Assembly: GCA_015494465.1 (NCBI GenBank)
Contig: WGBD01000007.1
Span: 67,009 to 131,008 of the forward strand
DNA: 64,000 bases
Direction of reading: 5' to 3'
Source of the DNA: Candidatus Omnitrophota bacterium
GTDB lineage: Bacteria > Omnitrophota > Gorgyraeia > S143-82
Notes under the pieces: generated by a model
What the model was told of the DNA's origin: nothing
The model's input: only the letters and a program-made list of their open reading frames with translations
Databases searched by the model: none
Made by a program: the position numbers and the translations under genes
Part shown: in pieces, positions 1 through 10,151 of the stretch
Numbering within the stretch: position 1 is the stretch's first letter
Layout of the letters: every line of letters begins with the position of its first letter

Positions 1-65
1 GCCAATACCAGGACCTGAGCAATCGCAATGCCACTTGCCCGAAAGGAGTTAAGAACTGCGGTCAT
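1..65 (-). CDS. 5' end of a membrane protein running off the window, possibly AEC (auxin efflux carrier) family transporter
   Basis: ATG at 65-63, 6 nt after the argJ stop; reads MTAVLNSFRASGIAIAQVLVL (hydrophobic N-terminus); only 21 codons visible. Confidence 0.35.
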   Translation of the reverse strand, partial: MTAVLNSFRASGIAIAQVLVL

Positions 66-71
66 ATACGA

Positions 72-1259
72 TTATTCTTTGTTTATAAGCACATAATTAG
101 GCGAAAAGTCACAGGTGAACATGTAGTAGGAGTACTTCCCGCTGTGCAGGTTTATGATCACATGCAGATCTTTGTCTATCAACAAGGCCTTACTGCGGGT
201 AAACATCGTCTTCCCCCTCTTGAAGACCGTGTGGCGATTGGCGACGATCTCCAGCTTCTTCTCGTCCACCTTCTTGCTAGCAGCACCAACCGCAGCTGCG
301 ATCCTGCCCCAGATGACCTTCCCGCCAAACACCGAACACTTGAACAGGGCAGATGTGGCCACCTTCTCTGCGACCTTTATCGCCTCGTCCTGAGAGGAGG
401 CTCCTTCTACGGTTATCTTAACGAATCGGGTTGCCCCTTCTCCGTCTCGCACGATCATCTCTGCCAGCCTGAGACAGACCGCCTTTAGTCCCTCCAGGAA
501 GGCCTTGTACTCTGCGGATTGACGAGATTTTATGTGGATCCCCCTGCCGTTGGCCAACAAGAAAACGGAGTCGTTGGTACTCATGTCTCCGTCCACCGAG
601 ATCCGATTGAACGATATAGAGACCGCTTCCTTAAGGGCGCTCTTCAACAAGGGCGTGCTTATACTGGCGTCGGTGGTGAGCACGCATATCATCGTGGCCA
701 TGTGGGGGAATATCATGCCCGCACCCTTTGCCATCCCCCCGATGGTGATCTTGCCCTTGGGGGTGTTGACCACCACCGCTGCCTCTTTAGAAAAGGTGTC
801 TGTGGTCATGATGGCCATAGCAGCAGATGTGTGTCCGACGGTGTCGGTGTTCTCTACCAAAGCGGGAAGGGCATCCAATACCTTCTTCTCCGGAAATGGT
901 ACACCTATGACCCCGGTAGAGGCCAAGAGGATGTGCTTTTCCTCGTCGTAGATGAGACGGGCCAGTTTTTTTGATATGTTAAGCGCTGCCTTGTAGCCTT
1001 CATCTCCAGTACAGCAATTGGCATTACCGCTGTTTATCAAGATCGCTCGGGCGTATCCCCCCTTTACCCTTTCCCTAGATATCTTCACCGGCTGGCCGAC
1101 GATGCTGTTTGTGGTGAACATCGCAGCAACATTGCATATGTCGTCCTCGCACATCACCAACGCTAGGTCCTTTTGCCCCTCTTTCTTTATTCCACAGGAA
1201 ATCCCCCCTGCCTGAAATCCGTCCGGCGCACACACACCTCTCGGGACCCACTTGATCAC
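72..1259 (-). CDS. argJ: Bifunctional ornithine acetyltransferase/N-acetylglutamate synthase
   Basis: Motifs NSGNANC, STGVIG, AIMTTDT, GMAKGAGMI.P.MATM (autocleavage site), VDGDMSTND, RDGEGA. Confidence 0.96.
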   Translation of the reverse strand: MIKWVPRGVCAPDGFQAGGISCGIKKEGQKDLALVMCEDDICNVAAMFTTNSIVGQPVKISRERVKGGYARAILINSGNANCCTGDEGYKAALNISKKLARLIYDEEKHILLASTGVIGVPFPEKKVLDALPALVENTDTVGHTSAAMAIMTTDTFSKEAAVVVNTPKGKITIGGMAKGAGMIFPHMATMICVLTTDASISTPLLKSALKEAVSISFNRISVDGDMSTNDSVFLLANGRGIHIKSRQSAEYKAFLEGLKAVCLRLAEMIVRDGEGATRFVKITVEGASSQDEAIKVAEKVATSALFKCSVFGGKVIWGRIAAAVGAASKKVDEKKLEIVANRHTVFKRGKTMFTRSKALLIDKDLHVIINLHSGKYSYYMFTCDFSPNYVLINKE

Positions 1260-2257
1260 CGCAATCCCTCCTTTTCCTCCAACCCAAATATCAGGTTCAT
1301 ATTTTGAATCGCCTGCCCACTGGCCCCTTTAACCAGGTTATCTATTGTGGAGACTATAAGCAACTTGCGGGGAGCAAGCAGACGAATTGCTATGTGGCAC
1401 TGGTTGGTGTTGCGCACATCGAGATAACTCGGCAGGTCTTGTCTCACTACCACGAAGGGACTATTTGCGTAAAAAGACTCGTAGGCCTCCTTTACCTCCT
1501 CCGGATCCAGTCTTTTGTCGGTCTCTACATAGATACTGGCCACGATCCCCCTGTCTATTCCGACTATGTGAGGTACGAATACAAAGTTCTCTGCCTCTAT
1601 CCCCAGTTGGGAGAGTATCTCTGGGATGTGCTGGTGGGTGTTGGGCTTGTACGGATAGAGATTATTGGCCATGGAGACGAACAACAGCTCCTCCCTTATC
1701 TTTCGCCCCGCCCCGGAGGTGCCGGACTTGGCATCTACCCAGATCGAACGGAAGGAAAAGTTCTTTACGAACGGATAGAGACCCAGTATAACCGCGGTGG
1801 GGTAGCACCCCGGATTGGCCACCAGGCTTGCCTTCTTTATCTCCTCTCGCCTCAGTTCTGGTAGACCGTAGACCGCCTTTTTTAAGAGATCGGGACAGCT
1901 GTGCCTTACGCGATACCAGCGCTCGTAGACCTCTGCCTCCCTAAACCTGAAGTCCGCGCTCAGGTCAATCACCACCGGACCGCCCACGAGGCCAGGGACG
2001 AACTGTTGCGAGACGGTGTGGGGAAGGGCAAGGAAGACGCAATCGCACCTCTCTCTTATCGACCCCACATCTATCTCTTCCACTTCCAGATCCAATCCAG
2101 ACCAAGGATAGATAGTGGACAGCTTCTGCCCAGCACCTCGGCTTGCCACCAGCGAGACCTCAACCCTAGGATGTCTCAACAACCAACGCAGGAGCTCCTC
2201 CCCGGTGTGCCCGGTTATCCCCAATATCCCTACTCTAATGCGATCACCTGCGGGCAA
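1256..2257 (-). CDS. argC: N-acetyl-gamma-glutamyl-phosphate reductase
   Basis: GITGHTG Rossmann loop, DLSADFR, ANPGCYPT, SGTSGAG, DNLVKGASGQA; start moved to TTG at 2257, which follows a GGAGGTGG RBS. Confidence 0.95.
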   Translation of the reverse strand: MPAGDRIRVGILGITGHTGEELLRWLLRHPRVEVSLVASRGAGQKLSTIYPWSGLDLEVEEIDVGSIRERCDCVFLALPHTVSQQFVPGLVGGPVVIDLSADFRFREAEVYERWYRVRHSCPDLLKKAVYGLPELRREEIKKASLVANPGCYPTAVILGLYPFVKNFSFRSIWVDAKSGTSGAGRKIREELLFVSMANNLYPYKPNTHQHIPEILSQLGIEAENFVFVPHIVGIDRGIVASIYVETDKRLDPEEVKEAYESFYANSPFVVVRQDLPSYLDVRNTNQCHIAIRLLAPRKLLIVSTIDNLVKGASGQAIQNMNLIFGLEEKEGLR

Positions 2258-3719
2258 AACTAACCACCTCCACATCGAACTGGTCCGGGGCCAGTTCGTT
2301 GTCCACCACGAACTGGCAGTCGGTGTTGAACCTGTGGCGAATGTTCGCAATTATGTCCTTCTGGGACTTAAGGTAATCTACAACCTCTTTTCGGGCTCTT
2401 ATTATAGCCCGTTTCTTCCTCCGCCTATCCTGCCTCAACGCGTACCTCAACTTGCGGAACAGGGTAATAGCGATCGTCCTAGGGGACTTCACCTTACCCC
2501 TCCCCGAACAGCAGGGGCAATCCACGAATGCCCGGGCTTCACTCGTTCGCTCGGTCCGTTCGCGGGTCATCTCTACCAGACCCAAAGGAGAAACCAATAC
2601 TATCTCCGACTTGGCCTTGTCGTTGGCTAAGGCTGCCTTGAGGACCGAGAGGACCTCGTTTCGATTTGCGGACAGCCTCATGTCTATAAAGTCTATTACG
2701 ATTATTCCCCCAATGTCCCGCAACCGCAACTGCCGACCTATCTCCTGGGCTGCCTCGCAGTTTACCATCAGGGCCATCTCTTCTTGATTCCGCTTGACTT
2801 GCTTGAACCTACCGCTGTTGACATCTATCACCGTAAGGGCGTGGGTCTCCTCTATGATCAAGTATCCACCACAAGGCAGGTGAACGATTGGGTTGTATAT
2901 CTCCTCTATCTGCTGTTCTACGCCCCTCAACTCGAACAGGGGCACATCAGCCCGGTACAACTCTACCCTGTCCAGGAGCCTGGGAGAACCGGACTTTATA
3001 AAGGATCGGATCCGAGAAAACTCCTTTTTATCGTCTATTACCAACCTGTCTATCCGCTCGTCGAAGTAGTCCCGCACCACCCTTAACAGGACATCCTCTT
3101 CTTCGTAGACCAAGGCAGGTGGTTTGATTCTCACTGCCCTGCGGTAAATACTTCTCCATTGATTGACGAGGTAATTGGCATCCTTTTCCAGATCGCGTCG
3201 AGGCACGCCAGTGGCTGCGGTCCTAACGATGAAGCCGTAAGGCCAGCGAAAGGACTGGACTACCTCTTTGAGTCTCTTTCTTTCCGCATCGTTCAAGACC
3301 TTTTTAGATACACCCCTCACCTTGGAAAAGGGCATCAGGACCATGTACTTGCCGGGAAGGGATATGTTGGTAGTCAAACGCGCACCCTTGCCTCCAAACG
3401 GCTCCTTGGAGACCTGCACCAAAAGGACATCCCCCTTTTGGACCACTTCTCCGATCGTCTTACCTTTGACCCTACTTTCCGCAGCAAAGATCGTATCCGC
3501 AGGCTCACTCATGTAAAGAAAACCCTTCTTCTCCAGACCGATGTTGACGAAGACTGCGTCCAAGGCGGGGGTAATGTCCTCGACTATCCCTTTGTAGATG
3601 TTATTGACGATCGACTTTTCCCCTAAGCGCTCGAAGAAGTAGTCTTCAATGCGCCCATTCTCAAGTATGACTACCCTCTTCTCCTGCTCGTCTACGCTTG
3701 CCAAAATCTCCCGAGCCAT
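2244..3719 (-). CDS. rng: Ribonuclease G (Rne/Rng family)
   Basis: S1-like N-terminus (NIYKG..AVFVNIG), IDVNSG, GGIIVIDFIDM, GLVEMTR, CxxCxGxG Zn link; no long RNase E C-terminal tail. Confidence 0.93.
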   Translation of the reverse strand: MAREILASVDEQEKRVVILENGRIEDYFFERLGEKSIVNNIYKGIVEDITPALDAVFVNIGLEKKGFLYMSEPADTIFAAESRVKGKTIGEVVQKGDVLLVQVSKEPFGGKGARLTTNISLPGKYMVLMPFSKVRGVSKKVLNDAERKRLKEVVQSFRWPYGFIVRTAATGVPRRDLEKDANYLVNQWRSIYRRAVRIKPPALVYEEEDVLLRVVRDYFDERIDRLVIDDKKEFSRIRSFIKSGSPRLLDRVELYRADVPLFELRGVEQQIEEIYNPIVHLPCGGYLIIEETHALTVIDVNSGRFKQVKRNQEEMALMVNCEAAQEIGRQLRLRDIGGIIVIDFIDMRLSANRNEVLSVLKAALANDKAKSEIVLVSPLGLVEMTRERTERTSEARAFVDCPCCSGRGKVKSPRTIAITLFRKLRYALRQDRRRKKRAIIRARKEVVDYLKSQKDIIANIRHRFNTDCQFVVDNELAPDQFDVEVVSFARR

Positions 3720-3772
3720 AAAGATGTCCTTGAAACGGATCTGGATACGAAATCAGACAGCTTTAAATCAAG

Positions 3773-3801
3773 ATTATACACCAACACCCAACGGAAGGCA
3801 A
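3773..3801 (-). promoter_or_regulatory. Putative sigma70 promoter for rng-argC-argJ
   Basis: Minus strand TTGCCT-17 nt-TATAAT in the intergenic gap. Confidence 0.65.
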
Positions 3802-3811
3802 GAGACCAAGG

Positions 3812-3829
3812 AAGGGGATAGGGCCCCTT
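3812..3829 (-). terminator. Weak hairpin at the secretin stop, possible terminator
   Basis: AAGGGG-CCCTAT-CCCCTT followed by a C/T tract; no true U-run. Confidence 0.25.
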
Positions 3830-5564
3830 ACCTCTCCGCAGTCACCTCGGTCAGCCCTTCCAATCCTGCCTCCGGAGCCACCTCGGGCAAGCTGGGAGAC
3901 AACAAGGCCTGGGCCTCAGGGCTCACCGTGGCCACATCCACCTCAGGCACCGGGGAAGCGGGATCCACTATCTTACTGGTGAGGAAGATGAAGAGGTCGT
4001 TCTTGTACTTATAGGTAAACTTGCGGGAGAAGAGTTTTCCCAATACCGGCAGATCGGATACCAACGGCACCCCTATCTTACCCGTCTTCTCCTCGTCCCG
4101 CATCAGCCCACCTATCACCAAGGTATCGCCATTACGCATCATCACCTGCGTCTCCGCCTCCCGGACCTCCATTATCGGATAAGACACGGCGGTACCCTCG
4201 GTTGCATCCCCCAAGCCCGGTGAGACCTCACCGCTCTTGTTCACTACCGCAGGGTGCACTATTAGGTTGATGTAATCGTCACCACATATCTGAGGCACCA
4301 CATTCAACTGTATACCTATGTCCTGATAGTACTCAAGGTCAACGGACAGACTAACCGTACCGTTGCTTATCTCCTTGTCTATGCTGAGGATGGGATACTT
4401 CGTACCGACTAGGATAGACGCCTCCTGATTGGAGACGGTCAGGACCTTCGGAGTGGACAGGACATTCGCATCCGCCATGTCCTCCAAGGCCCGCAGGCCC
4501 AGGGTAAACTGATTACCAGTGAGGTGTTTAAATATAAACGATCCTCCCCCAGTAAATGTCTCGCGATTAATGGGATCTAGCCCTACCCCTGAGACCTGCT
4601 CATAGCCATAAGGATCTACATAATTGGCTCCCAGCAATAAGTGCACGACCTCCCTTACTGCCTCGCCCTTGTAGGACACATCCATATATGGGCTAAACGT
4701 AGTCCCGGTCATTACCTGTGCACCCAGATCCACCAGCTTCCTCCAATCCACCTCCACTATACTCGACTCGATGAGGACCAATTTGGGCATCTTGTCTATC
4801 TCCTTCAGGACCGCCTCCACCTTATCCAAGACGCTTTTGATGTCCGTTACTATCAGCTTCTTGGACCGGCTCTTTCTCTCGCTCTGCTTGCGCTCACTCT
4901 TCTCCAGCTTGCCCCGCTCTTCGCTGGCTACGAACTTCCATCCCCCAAGGTAGGTCATCTCCAGTATCTCTGCAGTACCTCGGGGAGAAAGGAAGCTCTC
5001 GACGATCTTGAGGGCATCGCCTGCGTCTATGTAGGTGAGGTCGAAGACGCGAGTCTCTACCTCCTTGACCTGCTGTAACTCCATCTGCTTCTTTTTGGTC
5101 TCTATGATCTTATCGATGGGTTTTACTATAATCGTATTACCTACCCGCTCGTATCCGTATCCATAGGCCTCTACCATGGTCTTGATCGCCTCTTCCCACG
5201 GCGTATCGGTGAAGGAGATGCTGGTGATCGTATCGGTAACTTCAGGGGAGATCACGATGTTTACCCCTGCGTCCTCGGCAATGCTCGCCAGGGCCTGGGC
5301 CAAGGTCATGTCGTTGCTGAAACTGACCGTGATCCTGGCCTCCCCTTCAGTCTTGGCATCCTTCTCAGCCGTGTCCGTCTCGCTTGCTTTCTTTTCGGAC
5401 TCGACTGACTTGGACGAGGTAGGGGTATCAACCGCCGATCCTTCCTCCGACTGGACAGTGGACTTGCTTACAGCTCCTGTATCAGTGGATCCCAAAGAAA
5501 CAGAGACCAGGACTCCAAGGCTAAATAGAGCCACTAACAAAGGAATGGATATCTTGCGGATCAT
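3828..5564 (-). CDS. Secretin (PilQ/GspD family)
   Basis: Signal peptide, S/T-rich linker, N0-like region (GVNIVISPEV), N3 domain, secretin core (VLIESSIVEV, LSTPKVLT, IGIQLNVVPQI, GDTLVIGGL, VPLVSDLPVLGKLF); start at ATG 5564 after AGGAGG. Confidence 0.9.
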   Translation of the reverse strand: MIRKISIPLLVALFSLGVLVSVSLGSTDTGAVSKSTVQSEEGSAVDTPTSSKSVESEKKASETDTAEKDAKTEGEARITVSFSNDMTLAQALASIAEDAGVNIVISPEVTDTITSISFTDTPWEEAIKTMVEAYGYGYERVGNTIIVKPIDKIIETKKKQMELQQVKEVETRVFDLTYIDAGDALKIVESFLSPRGTAEILEMTYLGGWKFVASEERGKLEKSERKQSERKSRSKKLIVTDIKSVLDKVEAVLKEIDKMPKLVLIESSIVEVDWRKLVDLGAQVMTGTTFSPYMDVSYKGEAVREVVHLLLGANYVDPYGYEQVSGVGLDPINRETFTGGGSFIFKHLTGNQFTLGLRALEDMADANVLSTPKVLTVSNQEASILVGTKYPILSIDKEISNGTVSLSVDLEYYQDIGIQLNVVPQICGDDYINLIVHPAVVNKSGEVSPGLGDATEGTAVSYPIMEVREAETQVMMRNGDTLVIGGLMRDEEKTGKIGVPLVSDLPVLGKLFSRKFTYKYKNDLFIFLTSKIVDPASPVPEVDVATVSPEAQALLSPSLPEVAPEAGLEGLTEVTAER

Positions 5565-5608
5565 TGCCCCCTCCTTTTTGCCCCCCAATCCGATCTATCA
5601 TCGATTTA

Positions 5609-5619
5609 AATATAACACA
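5609..5619 (-). promoter_or_regulatory. Possible extended -10 promoter for the secretin gene
   Basis: TGTG-T-TATATT in an AT-rich gap; no good -35. Confidence 0.3.
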
Positions 5620-5621
5620 TT

Positions 5622-6029
5622 CTAACGCTTTTTAGTACCCTTTTTTCCTGAGCTATGCCCCTTGCGGTTGTTGGGCTTGAGCCAAAGCTCGTAAGAGTCT
5701 TTCCCATCGCTCAAGACCACATGATCAGGATAGATCTCGGTGATGACGAGCCCTGATATGCGATCCCCGACTTTGTACAGCTTCTTCTCAATGATCGCCT
5801 TGGACGGTCCCTTGGAACGATAGATGATCCCTTGGAGCCTCAGGGCAAGGACCTTTTTACCGCTGTTCTCCTCTTCTTGGAAGAGGATCTTGCCAGAGCT
5901 ATCAACCACCGGCATAAGGGGATCCTTTCTGCCGTGATCGTCGTAGACGAACTTTTTTTCTCCTCCAAAGGCGAGAAAAGAGACAGCAAACAAAAGACCC
6001 AAACCCAAAAGGACCCTAACAGATCTCAT
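5622..6029 (-). CDS. PilP/GspC-HR-like secretin partner protein
   Basis: N-terminal hydrophobic segment, RKDPL.P motif, LRLQGII..AII...KVGD.I.G..ITEI..DHVVL beta domain; directly upstream of the secretin; ATG overlaps the hisI stop. Confidence 0.6.
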   Translation of the reverse strand: MRSVRVLLGLGLLFAVSFLAFGGEKKFVYDDHGRKDPLMPVVDSSGKILFQEEENSGKKVLALRLQGIIYRSKGPSKAIIEKKLYKVGDRISGLVITEIYPDHVVLSDGKDSYELWLKPNNRKGHSSGKKGTKKR

Positions 6030-6367
6030 AAGCGCCCCCCTCGATAGAAACAACTGCGGTTGCCCGTGTGACAGGCTATACCGCCCACCTGTTCCACCTT
6101 GATTAATATTGTATCCCCATCGCAATCATAATACAACTCTTTTACCAACTGATAGTGACCGGAGGTCTCACCCTTCACCCAAACCTTCTGACGGGACCTG
6201 CTCCAATAGGTGGCCTTGCCGGTCTCTATGGTCTGCTTCAGGGTATCTTTGTTCATGTAGGCCAACATTAGCACATCGCCTTTCTCGTAGTCTTGGACTA
6301 TCACTGGGATCAAGCCCTTCTCGTCGAACTTGATCTCATCCAAGAAAGAAGTGTCCAACTTATTCAT
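6026..6367 (-). CDS. hisI: Phosphoribosyl-AMP cyclohydrolase
   Basis: [42 protein letters not shown]. Confidence 0.95.
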   Translation of the reverse strand: MNKLDTSFLDEIKFDEKGLIPVIVQDYEKGDVLMLAYMNKDTLKQTIETGKATYWSRSRQKVWVKGETSGHYQLVKELYYDCDGDTILIKVEQVGGIACHTGNRSCFYRGGRL

Positions 6368-7745
6368 CCTCTCCTCCTTTCTCCTTCAATCCGTACTTCT
6401 CCAGGAGATTGTACAACTGGGTCCGACTTATACCCAAGAGATTAGCAGAAAGGGATATGTTCCCGTTCGTCCGCTCCAATGCAGAGGTCAAGAGGCGTCT
6501 CTCTAACTCCTCCTTTGCCCGTTTCAGATTAAAGGATTCGCCTAGGTTGAGGGGAAACACCCCGCTAGATCCGCCGGAGGGTATCTGGATGTGCTCTCCC
6601 TTGATTAGATGGGAATCGCACAGGATCACCGCTCGCAAGATCACATTCTCTAGTTCCCTCACATTGCCTGGCCAATGGTAAGAATACAGCTTCTCGATGG
6701 CCGACTCCGACAGGCCTATAATCCTCCTCTTCATCTGGGAGGAGAGTTTATCCACGAAGTACTGGGCCAACAAGATGATGTCTTCTCCCCTTTCTCTCAA
6801 CGGGGGCAGGTGTATGTTTATCACATTGAGCCTATAGAAAAGGTCCTCCCGGAAGGTCCCTTCCTCCACCTTCTTGGAGAGGTCCGCATTGGTTGCGGAG
6901 ATGATCCGGATGTCCAAAGGCACATCCTCTACCGAGCCTACGGGTTGTATCACCTTCTCTTGGAGGACGCGCAGGAGTTTTACCTGGAGGTGAAGGGGCA
7001 ATTCCCCTACCTCGTCCAAGAACAAGGTCCCACCGTTGGCCAGCTCAAACCTGCCTTTCTTGTTGCTCACTGCCCCAGTAAAGGCCCCCTTTTTGTGACC
7101 AAAAAGCTCGCTTTCCAGGAGGTGTTCGGGGATGGCCCCGCAGTTTACCGCCACGAACGGGCCCTCCTTTCTGGCGCTGAGATTGTGGATCGCCCGGGCG
7201 ACCAATTCCTTGCCCGTACCAGACTCTCCAGTAATCAGGACCGTAAAGTCCCCGTGGGCAACATGTTGAATCAGGTCGAAGACCCTCTGCATCTGGGTGG
7301 ACTTACCCACCAATCCCGCAAAGCCTATGTCCCCAGGCAATCGGTAGCTCTTTATGGCCTCCTCGATCTCCCTTATGTGCAGGGCACGGGTGAATATGAT
7401 CTTTAGCTCTTCCACCTCTATGGGTTTCACATAGAAGTCGAAGGCCCCATTCCTGATCGCGGAGATGGCGTTCTCGCGGGTGTCGTTAGCGGTAATCACC
7501 ACGACCTTGAGGAGCGGGTCTCGGGAGAGCATCTCGGAGAGGAGTTGCAGGCCTTCGTTTCCTTCCGGGCTCCCCGAGAGGTTTATGTCCAATCCGACCA
7601 ACTGGGGACGGAAGGACTCCAGTAAAGAAAAGACCTCCTCCCTATTACCTCTGGACAGGGCCACCTCGTAGTCCTCGGCAAAGGCCCACTTCAATTGATT
7701 CAGTATCGAGGGATCGTCGTCTATTATCAACAGCCTCGGCTTCAT
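6360..7745 (-). CDS. prsR: Sigma54-dependent response regulator, PEP-CTERM-box type
   Basis: REC domain with the PrsR-like [16 protein letters not shown] start, [22 protein letters not shown], Fis HTH; next to PrsK and exosortase. Confidence 0.85.
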   Translation of the reverse strand: MKPRLLIIDDDPSILNQLKWAFAEDYEVALSRGNREEVFSLLESFRPQLVGLDINLSGSPEGNEGLQLLSEMLSRDPLLKVVVITANDTRENAISAIRNGAFDFYVKPIEVEELKIIFTRALHIREIEEAIKSYRLPGDIGFAGLVGKSTQMQRVFDLIQHVAHGDFTVLITGESGTGKELVARAIHNLSARKEGPFVAVNCGAIPEHLLESELFGHKKGAFTGAVSNKKGRFELANGGTLFLDEVGELPLHLQVKLLRVLQEKVIQPVGSVEDVPLDIRIISATNADLSKKVEEGTFREDLFYRLNVINIHLPPLRERGEDIILLAQYFVDKLSSQMKRRIIGLSESAIEKLYSYHWPGNVRELENVILRAVILCDSHLIKGEHIQIPSGGSSGVFPLNLGESFNLKRAKEELERRLLTSALERTNGNISLSANLLGISRTQLYNLLEKYGLKEKGGEDE

Positions 7746-7747
7746 TC

Positions 7748-9562
7748 TTAATATACCTCTTTCCCGAACCTTAATATCACCTCTGTACCGACATTCCGTT
7801 CCGAGACCACCTCTATTCTACCGTTGCAGGTCTCGAGCAACGACTTGACCTCGTACATCCCTATACCCAATCCGCTCTCTTTGGTAGTGACGAATGGGCG
7901 AAAGAGCTTCTTCCTCACGAAATCTTCGTCCATCCCCGTACCGGTATCCTTTACTATTATCGACCATTCCCCTCTATCGTTTCGTTCGCTCCAGACGGAT
8001 ATCTCGCCTTCTCCTTTCTTGCGGATGGCGTCCACCGCGTTGAGGAGGAGGTTCTCCACGATCCGGGCGAAGGCAGACTTACTGCAGTTGAGAACCAAGG
8101 CCTCGTCAATGTCAACCTCGACCCGTATACCAGTGGCTCCCAGGTTAAGTCGTTCCAAGACCTCCTCAACCACCTCCCTAGGGCTGAAGCGAGCGGTATC
8201 GCCCTCTACGGAGCTAGACTTCCGATAAGAGGAAAGCCTGTCCACCACTGCCTTCAGCCTCGCTAGTACCTCCTTTATCGTGGTGTAAGCGTCGGAGACG
8301 AATTCTGGGTTGTCTTTGTTCTTTTTCCAATTCATCACCAACAGGGAAAGACCGGAAACCGAATTCTTCACATCGTGGACCAGAAAGGAGACCACCCGAT
8401 TGAACTGGGCAAACTGCTGGATCTCCATGAGCTGACGCGACAGCTTGGATAAAGTAAGCATAACCGATATGTTCCGGCCTATCATGTAGATTAGATCCGA
8501 AGGTACCGTCCCCTTATCCAACCCCTTCAACAACATGAGCCCCACCAACTGCTTGCGAAATACCAACGGGATTATGAGTTCCACATCCTTGAATAGCTCC
8601 TCTTCCAGGCCGATTCGCCATATCTCTTCGGGAGATACGGGCCCATCCTTCAACCAAAGATACTTCTTAACCTCAGGTGGTAAGGAATCGAACGCCTCGG
8701 ACTCCCCCTTCCACACGATCGACAGATCCCCTACCCCAAACCTAGCCCTGAAGTAATCCCTAGCTCGCCTTACTATCTCGTCTTCGTCGGTTATGTCCTC
8801 AATAGTAGTGAGAAAGTCGTCCCACTCCTTGACCGGATCGTAATGTTGGTAACCTAGGATCCCCTGGAAAAGGCCCTTCATCCACCTCTTAACCCCTTCA
8901 CCGAAGAACAATATCAACCCCAAACTCACCAGACCCAGGGCTATCAGCGTCGACCAAAAGACCCTGACATCCAATCGCAATACATAGACGAGCTTGACTA
9001 TACCCGCAATCACCAGCATGTACAAGGCAGACAGCATCAGCAATGCCGAGGCGTCTACGACCTTTACGGTAGCAGTAGATCTACGGTCCCAGGTGCGCAA
9101 GGCCATGTAAAGGGAGATCAGCCCTACGCACAGCAGTGCCCACACGACGGGCCAGAGAAGACGGTTAAACATCAAAAACCAGGCCCCTAAGAAGATAAAG
9201 GCCAAGTTGTGGACCAGCAACCATACATAGGCAGAGGCCGACCCCTTGCGCAGGACCGTATCCGAGGAAAGGATGAGCAAGGCATGGCCGATAATCGCCC
9301 CTGAGATGAATATCTGGCCCCAAAGACCAAGGCTGGGATAGACCGACTCCACTGCAGACAACCCGGCGAACAGTAACAGCAACATTCCCAACCAGGGCAC
9401 CACATACCTGTACTTCCTCGCCACCGTACGGTGGGCCAGACCAAACAGGTGGAGTATCCAGGATAGGAAGAGGCCCAGCAAAACGATGTTCGGAGGAATC
9501 CAACCGCTCAGAAATCTACCCAGCAAGCCGACGAAGAAGAAGAGGAGGTAGAGTCCCAACAT
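7748..9562 (-). CDS. prsK: Membrane sensor histidine kinase, PrsK-like
   Basis: About 7 TM segments, GAF-like region, H-box QQFAQFNRVVSFLVHDVKN typical of PrsK, N box ENLLLNA, DTGTGM, PFVTTK, GLGIG; start at ATG 9562. Confidence 0.8.
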   Translation of the reverse strand: MLGLYLLFFFVGLLGRFLSGWIPPNIVLLGLFLSWILHLFGLAHRTVARKYRYVVPWLGMLLLLFAGLSAVESVYPSLGLWGQIFISGAIIGHALLILSSDTVLRKGSASAYVWLLVHNLAFIFLGAWFLMFNRLLWPVVWALLCVGLISLYMALRTWDRRSTATVKVVDASALLMLSALYMLVIAGIVKLVYVLRLDVRVFWSTLIALGLVSLGLILFFGEGVKRWMKGLFQGILGYQHYDPVKEWDDFLTTIEDITDEDEIVRRARDYFRARFGVGDLSIVWKGESEAFDSLPPEVKKYLWLKDGPVSPEEIWRIGLEEELFKDVELIIPLVFRKQLVGLMLLKGLDKGTVPSDLIYMIGRNISVMLTLSKLSRQLMEIQQFAQFNRVVSFLVHDVKNSVSGLSLLVMNWKKNKDNPEFVSDAYTTIKEVLARLKAVVDRLSSYRKSSSVEGDTARFSPREVVEEVLERLNLGATGIRVEVDIDEALVLNCSKSAFARIVENLLLNAVDAIRKKGEGEISVWSERNDRGEWSIIVKDTGTGMDEDFVRKKLFRPFVTTKESGLGIGMYEVKSLLETCNGRIEVVSERNVGTEVILRFGKEVY

Positions 9563-9563
9563 C

Positions 9564-10151
9564 TCACAGCCTCTCTCGCACGCTTGCGTCAAAGGCCCTT
9601 ATCAATTCCTCTCCAGCCGAGACCTCCCGAGGCGACAATACCAAGCGAATCAGATAAGTCCGCTTGGGGTGACCGGTCAAGGCGTAGTAGAGGTACTTTA
9701 GCTGATAAAGGTAATAGTTGTCCAGGTATTCGCTACCCAAGGCATACCAATACCACACCAATTGGTCGCCAGCCCTGTCCCGCACGGTCAACTGATTGAT
9801 CCTGTGCCCGTTGACAACCACCTTGCGTTTACCCAAGACCTTCTCCCCACCACCCTTAAGACACACCTCCGGAGGGTGCACCACCCTTCGATCGCTTTCG
9901 CTGACTATCACCGTAAGGTAGACGCTCCCACCAGGACAAGTATACCTCCTAGCCAGGACATTCCTGGTCCCCAAGATCTTATACACATAATCCTTGAGAG
10001 TAAGGGATTCCGAACTGCACTCCCCGAGTTCTTCAGGGACGACATTGGCCAGGTCCACTGACCTATTCACATCCCTGCCTACCTTGAAAAAGAGGTAATT
10101 CCCCGCGCAGGCAACCACGAACACCAAGAGGACTAATCCAATCCTCTTCAT
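9564..10151 (-). CDS. epsI: EpsI family exosortase-associated protein
   Basis: N-terminal TM, LG....L.R.Y, HPPEVCL.GGG, V.YWY motifs. Confidence 0.85.
   Translation of the reverse strand: MKRIGLVLLVFVVACAGNYLFFKVGRDVNRSVDLANVVPEELGECSSESLTLKDYVYKILGTRNVLARRYTCPGGSVYLTVIVSESDRRVVHPPEVCLKGGGEKVLGKRKVVVNGHRINQLTVRDRAGDQLVWYWYALGSEYLDNYYLYQLKYLYYALTGHPKRTYLIRLVLSPREVSAGEELIRAFDASVRERL

Noticed and set aside
3828-3965. VPE motif near the secretin C-terminus as a PEP-CTERM signal
   Set aside because: Not followed by a transmembrane helix and basic tail
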